A DNA stretch of 61,436 nucleotides, counting the filler, from Choristocarpus tenellus KU-1152 (Eukaryota; Protista; Phaeophyceae), in assembly GCA_964200185.2 (NCBI GenBank). It is 14 parts of 14 records of this genome, joined end to end, with 100 filler letters (N's around TTAATTAATTAA, not from the genome) between each part and the next. Parts side by side here need not be neighbours in the genome. Positions count along the whole stretch, not along the records: positions 49,283 to 57,881 come from CAXNAD020004546.1; positions 57,982 to 61,436 come from CAXNAD020019925.1; 12 more parts are not named here. The stretch is one strand, 5' to 3'. The translations under genes were made by a program, and so were the position numbers. Under the pieces are notes generated by a model. That model searched no databases. It worked only from the letters and a program-made list of their open reading frames with translations, and was not told where the DNA came from. Of the stretch, positions 51,242 to 61,436 are shown in pieces (the stretch's first letter is position 1; the number at the start of each line of letters is the position of its first letter).

Positions 51242-54200
51242 ATGGTCGAGCTTGTACTCTCCTACAGGTGACAGCACAAAAGAATCTGCTCTGTAATTGC
51301 CCTCCAGTCCTTTAGACCCTCCAACTCCAGAGCCTGCCCCAGAGCCTTCAGTGCCTGCCCCCACCCCTATCCCCACCCCCACTCCTGTTGCTTTTGTTCC
51401 CCACCCACCACTAGAGCCCCTACCTCCATTCACAATGAACCTTCCCCCTCTGCCCCTTGGCCTCCGCTGGACAGACGACGGAAAAAATGATCTTCCTGGT
51501 TGCCAGGAGCCCATGTCCCCTTGCACCTGAACCTTAGGATTAAATCCGTTGATTTTGGCATTAGCTCCCCCCCCCCCTACCCCACTCGCAACTGCAGTCA
51601 AGGCTCTGTCAGTTCCAGTTTGAGGTGCTAATGGAGGCGCCTCGGCTCCTGATGCCTTGAACATTCCCCAAAGGCTCCTGACATTGAAAAGAAAATGAGG
51701 AGTTACAAAAACTTGTGAGAGATCAAATAAGTATAGGCATAGGCAAGGTTGAACACAAGTACTGCAGTCACCCTGAACAGCTTTTTGGAAGACTCATGTA
51801 GCTCCAAACAAGAAATCGGCAGCAGAGTATATGCGCAGATAAAAGAAACAAAGGAAAGGACTAGAGTGCAGATGACATGTTTCCAGCCTTCAATCAATAC
51901 TCCATTGATCTGGGTAGGCTTGTGGGGAGAAGAGGAAGAGGCTTGTTCAGTAGCATTATCGACTTTTCTATTCTGCAGTGCTCACTACTCAGTCTTGGAC
52001 GCATCAAGCACCACACACACCCCGACCCCCAGCTCACTTGAACATGTCCTTGAGTCCTACTATGCACATGTGAAGCCTCCCATGTCCCCCCCTTGTGACC
52101 ACATCCACATTGCTGGTGTACTCAACATGATGCAGACCACCTAGAAGCACTGACAGCAAACCCCTGCAATATATGGGGGTTTCAACCCAGACAAGTTCAT
52201 TTGTATGAAAACATATCTGTCGTCATACACATTTTGGGCAAGGGACATATGCCAAAAAGCAAAAACCCACAATAAAAATCTGTCAAACACCTTCAATCAA
52301 CAACATAATCTAATCCTACAATCTTACATATATCTATCTTGGTATTGTTCGATGCGCTTGAAAGTCGAGGGAGGAGAGTCAGTGTTGAAATTGTATGATA
52401 GACTACAAAACAGAGGGTTGGGTGAAGGTGGGATCTTAGAGGAGGCTCAGAGATAGCAGCAATAGACGAACAGCATTACCCCCTCCCTCAGTTTTGTACA
52501 GGGGTGTGAAGGTGGAGGGGGGCAAAAGGAGAACAACCCTGTACTAGAGGTGGGGGCAGTGATTAGGAAAAGGTAGTTCTAGGCCCAGGAACAATAGACT
52601 CTAACAAAATCTCCACACACACTCCAAACATTACACCCCCCCCCACAAGCATAGACAAAAAATCACAAAAAAAAAGGATTGAGCGGCACCTCAAAAGGTG
52701 TTTCTAACCACTATTATTGAAATCTGATCTATGTGCATCTAACCTGCAGCTGAATATACATAACAAATAAAGGCATCACATATTGTAGCACCTGTTGGGA
52801 CACCTGAAAAAAAACAATGAAGAAAAAAACTCTTCCACGTACTGCAGTGCCATTGTTCCAAAAACTCAAGGCACAGAACCTTGCCCCAGTGAGAGGGAAG
52901 GAGACAATGAACACAAACAGGTGACATGCATAAAATGTGAGAGTGCAGGAATCAGCACTCACCTCTCTTGCTCTTCCAGTCGCAGAGGAATCACAGCTGC
53001 CTTACTACCCAGATCAACCAATGCTGCAGCCTCTTCCTTGGAAGGCATTCTTACAGGACCAAGAGGCACCTCCACTGCCTCAACCCCTTCACACGCCCCA
53101 ATTCCTTTTCCATTCCTAGAATTTTCATCTCCCTTGCCTATACAGGAAAACTTCCCATTTTGATTTCCCTTCCCAATCAGCAATGTCCCCCCCGCCTTGT
53201 CAGAGTCAGTGGATACGGCACCAGCACCAGCTGAACAGTTTGCCCCAACATCCCCATGACCTCTTGCTCCTCCATTTACAGCAGCAACATCCCCACTCCT
53301 GTCAACTATTTTTCGCCTCCTATCGTCATCACCACCAGTGGGCATCGCAGCAGTGAGGTGTATAGGGTGGGAAGCAAAGCCCACACTTCTGGAACATCCT
53401 CCTGTTCCATTGGCCCCTGCATGGGTTCCCTTTTCCACCTTCCCAGTTCTCGCCCTCTTGGAAGGCAGATTTTCAGATACCGCCTTGGAGTAAAACCTTC
53501 CAGAAGGGCACAATGGCCCAAACTGGTCTAATGGTCTACCACCTACCCCAACTTCTTCTCCCCCTTTACTCTGCTCACCCACAGTTGCAACCACAGGGGC
53601 AGCCTTGCCATGGTTCTCTGGGCACCCATTCATGTTAGCATGACTCCTCTCCTTTGACTTTTCCCCATTTAACCCTCTTCCAGCACCAAGGGCACTGCGT
53701 TCCCCTGTGCCAGATCCATTTCCATTCCCAGCATCCCTTCCATTGCCATGTGAAACTCTTTTTCCAGCAGATGCTGTTGTCTTCCCCTCTAAATTCCCAT
53801 CTTCACTATCTCTAATTGCACCCTCATTTGCCTTGGCACGAGGGTCATTACCGTTATCAAGAATAGTGCTCTCAGTAGTGACACATTTTCGCTTGACGCC
53901 ACCTTTCCCATTCATGGCAACGTCAAGACCACCCCTGGCACAACTTCCATTGGTACCACCAAATATTTGTAAATTGTTGTGATCTGTATTGTTGGATGTC
54001 TCCTTCCCTTTAATCCCTTCACTCTCATGGGTCAAGTTGTGATTGAGTGTTAAATGAAGATTCCCATTGGCAACACTTTTCCTTAGGCCATCAACACATG
54101 ACTCCCCTCCTTGATATCTAGTAGATCCCACGTCCTTCTTATCACCCTCTGCCCCATCCCCTGCAGAGGGCCACACGCCTGCCAGCCATCCAGAGACCTC

Positions 54201-55751
54201 AGGAGGGGGGGCTGCATCCACACTGAAGGATTGCACAAGGAAAAATATTTTACAGTTCAATAGCATTGCAAAACTTAACAGCGGCAGCTGTTGGTACTTC
54301 AAGGCATTTCTTCTCGCCTCTCTCACACTTTGTCTTCCTCTGTGAGATGTTTACATGAAACACAGCGGGGGAAGAGGGTTCACAATACAACCACGACAAT
54401 CTTTCCTGCCTTACAGTCAGCTGCTGGAGGAATTTTAAGTGGGGGGATCTAAAGAGGAGGTAAAGAAGAGGGGTGAGTGGGGATACAATGCTAGGAGTAT
54501 GCACGTGTGTGTGGAAGTGTGTGTATGTGTGCATGAGGGGGTGTGTGTGCACAAGGTGAAAAGGGTAATCTACAGAGGATGTGGCCGGGAAAAACTAGCT
54601 TCAGCCACAGGTTGGCATTGTGACCACCATTCACAATCTCCATCCCCCTGTTAACTACAACAGACCTCTCCTTCAATCCCTTTCCTCCACCATGCATCCT
54701 TAACCGAGGTACCACCACCTGCCCCCTATTATCCCAACTCAAAATATTTCATTCTTGTGCTCTCACGTGGATATAGCTCTTGTAGTGTGCCGAGCTCGAG
54801 CCCCCTTCCTATGCAGAAAGGCCCAGCAGAGAGAGCAGTAGTCCTCTTCACAGGCCTCACAATATACTGTGGCTCTTTCTCCCACAGTTTTTTCAAGTTA
54901 CAAGGAGGGTAAGGTTATAATTGATGGGTTTCTAGGTCAATGAGGTGGGTTGCAGTACAAATTGTACAGTAGCAAAACTTCGTGAATGGTGTCTCCCAGG
55001 AGGGGGGATGAGAGAGGAGTGATACAAGGAGAAAAATTAACATGATACTGATGTTGAGGTTCGCTAAGAGTAAAAAAATAGCACATGCGTTGCAACAGCA
55101 GATTGAATACATTCAACAGCATTCCTAGTCTTCAGGTAGTACCTCTCTTCCCATGGGACCTGGCAATATTTGAACACGTAAAACATTCCATCCCAGATGT
55201 AGGATGCTAGTGCATTATGCCTTAGTTTCTCTAGGCTTTCCTTTTCGCTACATCTAGTCTTACCTTATTTTCTATGGTCTTCAAATATTGGCAATAATGT
55301 ATTATTATTCTCACTCTAACAACCTTTTGATCATATGTTTGGTACCCCTTCGACTAATGTTAAGATAAGTAATAATGATAATGATAATCACAATAATAAG
55401 CTAACATTCCATGTTCTGTTGCCGTTCGTATCCAACATGAGACCCACCTAAAACTACAGAATGTGAGAAACAGCAATTATTCACACTTCATCAAGATCCA
55501 GACAGCAAAAATTTGCATTAGACATAAACTAAAAACTTACACAAAGAAACTCATTGAAGATTTTGTATGTTACGGCAACATCAACATTTTAAAAACTATA
55601 TTTCTACTACACTCAGCGTCACATCATGAGAATCTATGCGGATTGCAATTGCACGTAAACATGTACTTCAAAGCATAATGTTGCAGACCTGGTGTCTTCA
55701 CACTCGGTGCAGAACGGCCGGCTCTTGCTGCTCCATACTTCAAACCTTGGA
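51242..55751 (-). CDS. B-box zinc-finger protein with long Gly-rich low-complexity region (exons about 55751-55689, 54874-54767, 54222-52963, 51677-51242)
   Basis: Spliced peptide RPFCTECEDTR|ATVYCEACEEDYCSLCWAFLHRKGARARHTT is a B-box. All three junctions are phase 2 with GT-AG. The 1260-bp exon is the 455-aa ORF in the track. Start and end exons were not resolved. Confidence 0.8.
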
Positions 55752-57820
55752 CTGATATGTATTTAGGTAGCACATTATGTGGATTGGATGGGAGTTGGAC
55801 ATGGCAATTGCTCCACAATGAAATTTGCATGTTTGTTGGTGGGTGGACATGAGGGGATTTGTTCCAGTAGAAAGGTGTGTAACAAGCAAGAAAAGAATAG
55901 TGAAAGGAGACTGAACCTGGTAATGGTCAAGAATAGATTTATGTAGGAATATGCTGTAACAAGAATATTTGATGTTCTGTTCAACTCCCCCTACTGAAAA
56001 CACCAGTAAGTTCCTGCCCAATATCTTCCAAGACTATGGAAATCTTTAGCAAGTGAACTGATAGAAAGGAGAAACAGCATACTTGAGGGGTAGTGTTGTG
56101 TGTATGGAAGAGCTGCTAGGTGTGAATGACAGCAACCCCTCCATCACTTTACTCCTCCCTCCTCCCTCCTCTCTGGCAGTCAAGCTCACTGCCCTCTCCC
56201 AATAAATTGATCACAATATCACCATGGACTAGGTGCCATTGGTGTTTGAGTTGTACCCTGAAATAAACCTCCCTCCTGCCACCCCTGATGACCCAGATCC
56301 TGTCATGCTAATCCTGATCCTGCAGCTTCCCTCTCCACTCATGGTTCTTGCAATGATGTCACTAATAGAGCAGTAGTAACTCAACCAAACAGGCAATAAC
56401 TCTTCATTCTTCGTCACCATCTGCCCTAAATGTCTAGGGTTGACGTAAGTTGGTAGATCTCGCTTTGAAGCTGGAGTACAAACCTTTATTTCCTCTGTCA
56501 TCAGGCTATCTTAGCCCCTGATATATTTACGACGTTATTATGCACATTGATTGGCAAGACCATACACGTGTGGACGTCTTTCGTCAAATAAATCATGTCA
56601 AGGATCAAAGGGACTATTTGGTTAACATCTTCACGAGATATCATAGGTAGTCCCTTCTTCCAATCCGATGGGGTACCTATCATGCCCGCCCGACCTCACC
56701 AATACGCCCAGGGCTTGATAATTGTTGTTGTCCAATTGCTTAAGCCTAAGGCCAGTCCAGGATCGCATTCCTTGGTCACTCAGCCTGTCTCTGCCCCAGC
56801 AAAAAATACCCCGAACTCCGTCGAAAACTTACCCGCTTGCCAGTTCCAAACTCCATTCTTTCAAATGTTTCCTATCATTACCCCAAGTTTCCCTTTCGTC
56901 GTTGTGCCAAACCACGCTCTCATCATCATCGTCCATGTAAATGAAGTAGGTGATTGAAATGAGCGGCATGGTCGAAACAACCCAGCCCGACCACTTACAC
57001 GTTATCGTGGGGTGAATAAATGGAGCGTACAAAGGTGAGGGGGCGAGAGAGTAGAAGATTTCATGGCACAGGCTATCCCCAAAAAGGTTGGCACCAATGT
57101 CGGGAACACCATGTTCAGATCTGAACCAAACGCCAGAATTGGTATTCAAGCCAACTGGCAATGGTAGCAGCTAAGCGTAAATCGAAACAATTCAACACAT
57201 GTGAAAACGCCAAATTCTATTTGGCAACTTTCACTCAATGCAAGATGTTCAACGTCGAAAAAATCATAAGGTTGAGACGAGAAAGGGACAATCCTCACCC
57301 GTCAGTGGCTCCGTTTGCCTCTCCGACACCGACACCTTCACCAACCTTGCCGTTCCACTGTCCATCGACCTCCATGCCTACAACCCCATTAGCAAGCATG
57401 GTAGAGCTAGAAATGCTATGCCCCCACGCCATCACTCTCTCTCTTTCTGTCTTGCTCCTTCCCCAACCTTGGGTAAGATTGGGCGAAAAAGTAAGGGGAA
57501 AGGCAACTTTTCGCCCTCCCCCTTCCCCACCCCCACCTCGCACCCTTTCTGCAGATATCCTTGGAAAATTGCACAAAATTACCATTTATTCCACCTGAGG
57601 GATCTACCAGAGAAAGTGCGTCCTTGATGTCAACCTCAGATCGTGTGTCCATAAACAATTGTTTGTGTGGGGTTAATTTAGGGGTTGAGGGTGTTAGCGT
57701 TAGGGTTTTGTGGTCCTCTCCCTCTATTCTCTATTTTTTCCTATTTCAATACGTATGTAGTATTAATACGCGCTAGTAGTATTGTTGAGGGAAATTAATA
57801 TTGATGAACACCTATTATTT

Positions 57821-57881
57821 TTATTATTATGCCCTCTGACATTTTGCAGATGTGTCAGGGGGGAAACCAATGAAAACTATA
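57821..57881. mobile_element. MITE family D terminus at contig end
   Basis: TATTATTATGCCCTCTGAC...GGGGGGAAACCAATGAAAACTA, as at 45973-46033. Confidence 0.8.
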
Positions 57882-58589
57882 NNNNNNNNNNNNNNNNNNN
57901 NNNNNNNNNNNNNNNNNNNNNNNNNTTAATTAATTAANNNNNNNNNNNNNNNNNNNNNNNNNNNNNNNNNNNNNNNNNNNNCCGCGGGTCCAGTGTGGGA
58001 TAGTTCAACATGCTTTGCATTCGTGTCAGGGAGGGATTGCAACTTCATGACATGAAACATAACGGGTACTGCAAGTTCGACCATTTTGAAGAAGGGGAAA
58101 ACAAGAGGAAACAAGGCAAGGATAGAAGAGAAGAATAAAGGGGGAAAAGAACAGGATATATAAACCAAGCAGAAGGACCCCTAAGGACACGGGCCCATCC
58201 CCAACAGGGGTGGGCGGTAAAACAAGACCCCTGGACATCAACGCTGCCCCAGCACACTCGTCTGTCAACAGGGATATACCGAGATCAGGGTCACTCCACC
58301 AGTCAATCCAAGGTAGAGGGGGTGGGGGAAGCGTTGCTCTAGACAGAATTGAAGATTGGTTTGGGGCTTGAGAAAGGTTAAAGGGTGAGAAAGAGATATC
58401 TGAAAGAAACTTGGAGGATTTAAGGGATTTGCAAGAAAGGGAAAAGCTTTACTGGATGTATGTGGAGAGGATTTGCAATGATTGGTAGCTGGGTTGGGAC
58501 AGAGATAGAGCTCTGAGTACATGGATTTGAGGTAGGATTAAAGACCGCTTTGGAAAGTAGATTGGTCTCGCACAGATAGAAAGATGCAA

Positions 58590-60718
58590 TAAGTGATGCA
58601 AGAATGGGTACCAGTATATGTTAGAGGGGAAGGCAGGGTTGAAGGTAGGCTAGAGGATGGGAACCATAGGAGTGCAGATGATCAGGAAGGAGTGTTGTTA
58701 CAAAAGGTGGTAAGAGATGTGGTTCAGGCCAAGGCATTGCTGTTGCTCAAAGGGGCAACAGTGAAAATTCTAGGATTGTATTTGTCCCCATTGGAAGTTG
58801 TCCAAGAACAGACCAAGGTTAGTATTATCATTGATTTGTCTTGTGAGTGAAAGTATCTTAGAGGGTACGAGTTTTGCCCTGTTTGTCCATTTGGGGCTTG
58901 ACTTCCCATGGGTTCTTTTATGACATTTTCCTACTCAAAAATTCTTTTGGAGTAGGAAAATGTGTACGTTATGTAAAGGTGTATCCGGAACAAGGGTATT
59001 GACACTACCAAACATGATAGCCAAAATTACATCAAAATCACAACATTGGATTTTTTGACCCCCAAATGGACGCGGCCCTATCCTCTAAGATACTTTGGCT
59101 CGGAAGTAAGACTGGAACCAATGATGGAACAAGCAATTGGAGAGAGGTGGTGGATTAGGGACTGGAGGTGAGAGAATCGATGCAGAAAAGCGTGATGGAT
59201 CGGTGGTGGAAGAGACAACTTACAACGGCGAAGCCATGAAACTGATTGAGGTCCTCCCAAGGTTACTCGACCTAATGTGGAAGGGTTAGGTTGTACCTGA
59301 GGCATGGGAAGACTTCATGGCAGTGCCTATCCCCAAGAAGGGGGACATGACGGATACTAAAATCTTCCGAGGAATCTCGTTGATGGGAACGGCACTGAAA
59401 GTGTTAATGGTTATAATCAGTGACAGACTCAACACAACCGTTGGAGAGAAGGATCTCTCCAGCAAAGTCAAGAAAGGCATTTCGCCGAGGGGAGGAATAT
59501 GTGACCCAAGTTGTATGTCTCTATGAAATCACCAAAAGGAGTGAGTTGTCAGGTAGGGCCAATAATCTCATCTTTGTCAACTTCAAGATGGCGTATGATA
59601 CAGTGTCACAAGAGGCTCTAATTACTAATTTCCACTTCTATGTTGTACAGGTTATGTGTGTGAGGGGGCCAAAGAGTGAGGGGTGGGCATTCCCCAGAAT
59701 GAGGGGAAGTTAGGAAAAGTGCCAGGCCTTTTGTTCACTGGTAACATTGTCGGACAAATCCCCAGTTGGAGAAAGTTGGCACTAGTGGCTGACCACCTCA
59801 CCAAGTGGGCACCAATGATTGAAATGAAAGCAGATATTGCCAAATGTGGGGTGATGGCGGTCAGGGTGACATGCAGAAATTGCTGGTTGAACCCGACCTC
59901 TGGCGATTGTCCGAGGGAAAGGATACCAATTGTCCAAGAATAGCTGTACCTAGGGGTGGACCTCTAACCTGAACTCAGCATTCCAGCTATGATGGCGTCT
60001 TGACTCAAGGGGGGCAAGAGACTTGTGAACATGGTACACCCGTTCTTAAGTAGTAGGACAGTTCCCCTCTTAAACATGTGGCAGTGGAAAGGGGAGTAGT
60101 ATTAGTGATACCCCTATTTGGTTATAGAGAAGAAACAAAAAGATTACTCAGCAATGGTATGTCCTAATCATGCGAATGAATAGCAGGGTTAAGAGTGACA
60201 GCACTGGTCTCAGTATGACCCTTTTGAGAGGCATAGGGATCCCCCCAGCGTGCGCCTGTGTGGTCAGACGACGAGCACTGCCACTTTAGAAGTGCTCCAT
60301 GCTTAGTCTTTGTGTCAGCGAGCTCACCATGCCCCCATTCAAGCCCAGACCCTGGACATGGGTTAGTGGTTTAATGTCGTGGTTGAACTGACATGTGCAC
60401 AGGTTAATCAACTGATTGCCTGATAATCGACTCATTAGGTATACTTCCAGAGGACATGTATCCCAAAACCCTCAGTAAGGTAATTAAGGGAAGTGATTTG
60501 ACTGAAAGTAGAGCGGGTGAGGGAAACAGTCTCTAGAAACAGGTACATGGTGGGAAAAATTTATGAACATAAACTAACCCAAGCCCACATTGGATGCTTA
60601 CCCACCCTCACCAAAGGAATGACTAGCATTGTGTGCTGCAGGACCAGAGGGCAGGGTCCTACATGGCAAGTGTTGGCCTAATCCAACCCACATACAAATC
60701 TAAGTACTCATGCTATAA
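58590..60718 (+). pseudogene. Decayed non-LTR retrotransposon (LINE) ORF2
   Basis: VPIPKKGDMTDTKIFRGISLMGTALKVLMVIISDRL, AFRRGEEYVTQV, FVNFKMAYDTV, and VPGLLFTGNIV where the FADD motif is lost. Upstream ILGLYLSP resembles AP endonuclease. Interrupted by MITE A. Confidence 0.88.
58845..59101 (+). mobile_element. MITE family A inserted in the LINE
   Basis: GAGTGAAAGTATCTTAGAGGGTA ... CCTCTAAGATACTTTGGCTC. Confidence 0.92.
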
Positions 60719-60965
60719 GAGTCAAAGTATCTTAGAGGGTAGAGCCGCCTCCATTTGGGGACCAAATTCCAATGTTGCGATTTTAATGTAATTTTTGCGA
60801 TGGTACTTGTTAGGAAGCGTCAATATCCTTACCTTTTAATAACGTGTACATTTTACTTCCTCTGAACCATTTCACAGTAGGAAAATGTAATAAAAAACCC
60901 ACGGAAAGCCAAGCCCCAAACAGAAAAACAGGGCAAAACTCGTACCCTCTAAGATACTTTCACCC
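60719..60965 (-). mobile_element. MITE family A, reverse orientation, full length
   Basis: GAGTCAAAGTATCTTAGAGGGTA ... TACCCTCTAAGATACTTTCACCC, flanked by 4-bp direct repeat ATAA. Confidence 0.92.
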
Positions 60966-61436
60966 ATAAGGAACAGGTTGCATAAGACCTGAAGCATATA
61001 ATGCCTGTGTGTTCTAAATGGCACAAAGTGAGAACAATCTACATTAAAGGGCTTATAGAGAAGGCCAAGACTCGACGCAACCCCTCTTTAACCGGCTCAC
61101 ATGATTTATGGGCAACCCTACTTCTTGGTGGGAAAGTCAAGGTGTGACTGGTGGATTGTCATTTTGACTCATCCTTTCGGGTATCAGAGTCTTTTGAAGG
61201 AAGAGGAAGGTATACCTAGCCCAGACGAAGGGAACCTGCCCACAAGTGTGGAACTAAAGCCACCCCTCAGGTTGAAAACATTGCCTGCCTTTGGAAGGCA
61301 ATCTTCCTCTCAAAAGGGATCACGGCAGCAAAAAAAATAGGGAACAACTCAAGGCAAAGGAAATTCACGACAATGAAATTTCCGCTTTGAGATGGAACCT
61401 TTTTTAAAATCTCCACAAAGATCTAAAGTATTTGGG

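Noticed and set aside
52959-54326. Stand-alone 455-aa gene as given in the ORF track
   Set aside because: It is bounded by splice sites at 54222 and 52963 and is an internal exon of the B-box gene.
275-55751. Functional gene cluster (kinase, SNF2, AP-4 beta, CH, B-box)
   Set aside because: Most lie on different contigs joined artificially. SNF2 and AP-4 beta are merely convergent neighbours.
6905-57981. Recurrent TTAATTAATTAA palindrome in N runs as a biological motif
   Set aside because: All 13 are identical 100-bp constructs with six-frame stops, i.e. an artificial contig linker.

Overview
Repeat-rich, intron-rich eukaryotic DNA made of 14 short contigs joined by artificial 100-bp spacers (44 N + TTAATTAATTAA + 44 N), so neighbourhood across spacers means nothing. 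TTAGGG-type repeats, long introns, Gly-rich exons and the style of the retroelements suggest a brown alga or related stramenopile (inference only). Host gene pieces recognisable from spliced exons: a Ser/Thr kinase C-terminus, a Rad5/Rad16-type SNF2 helicase C-terminus, the AP-4 beta-adaptin appendage, a calponin-homology domain, a probable MFS transporter, a B-box zinc-finger protein, and a decayed DUF3638/DUF3645-like gene. The rest is mostly mobile DNA: a decayed mariner-like transposase, Ty1/copia and Ty3/gypsy fragments, a LINE and a 1.6-kb TIR element. The most striking feature is about 20 whole or partial copies of two related MITE families (A about 250 bp, B about 180 bp) that share terminal and subterminal motifs and are sometimes nested in their own terminal repeats. 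I found no CRISPR array, rRNA, tRNA or operon-like system.
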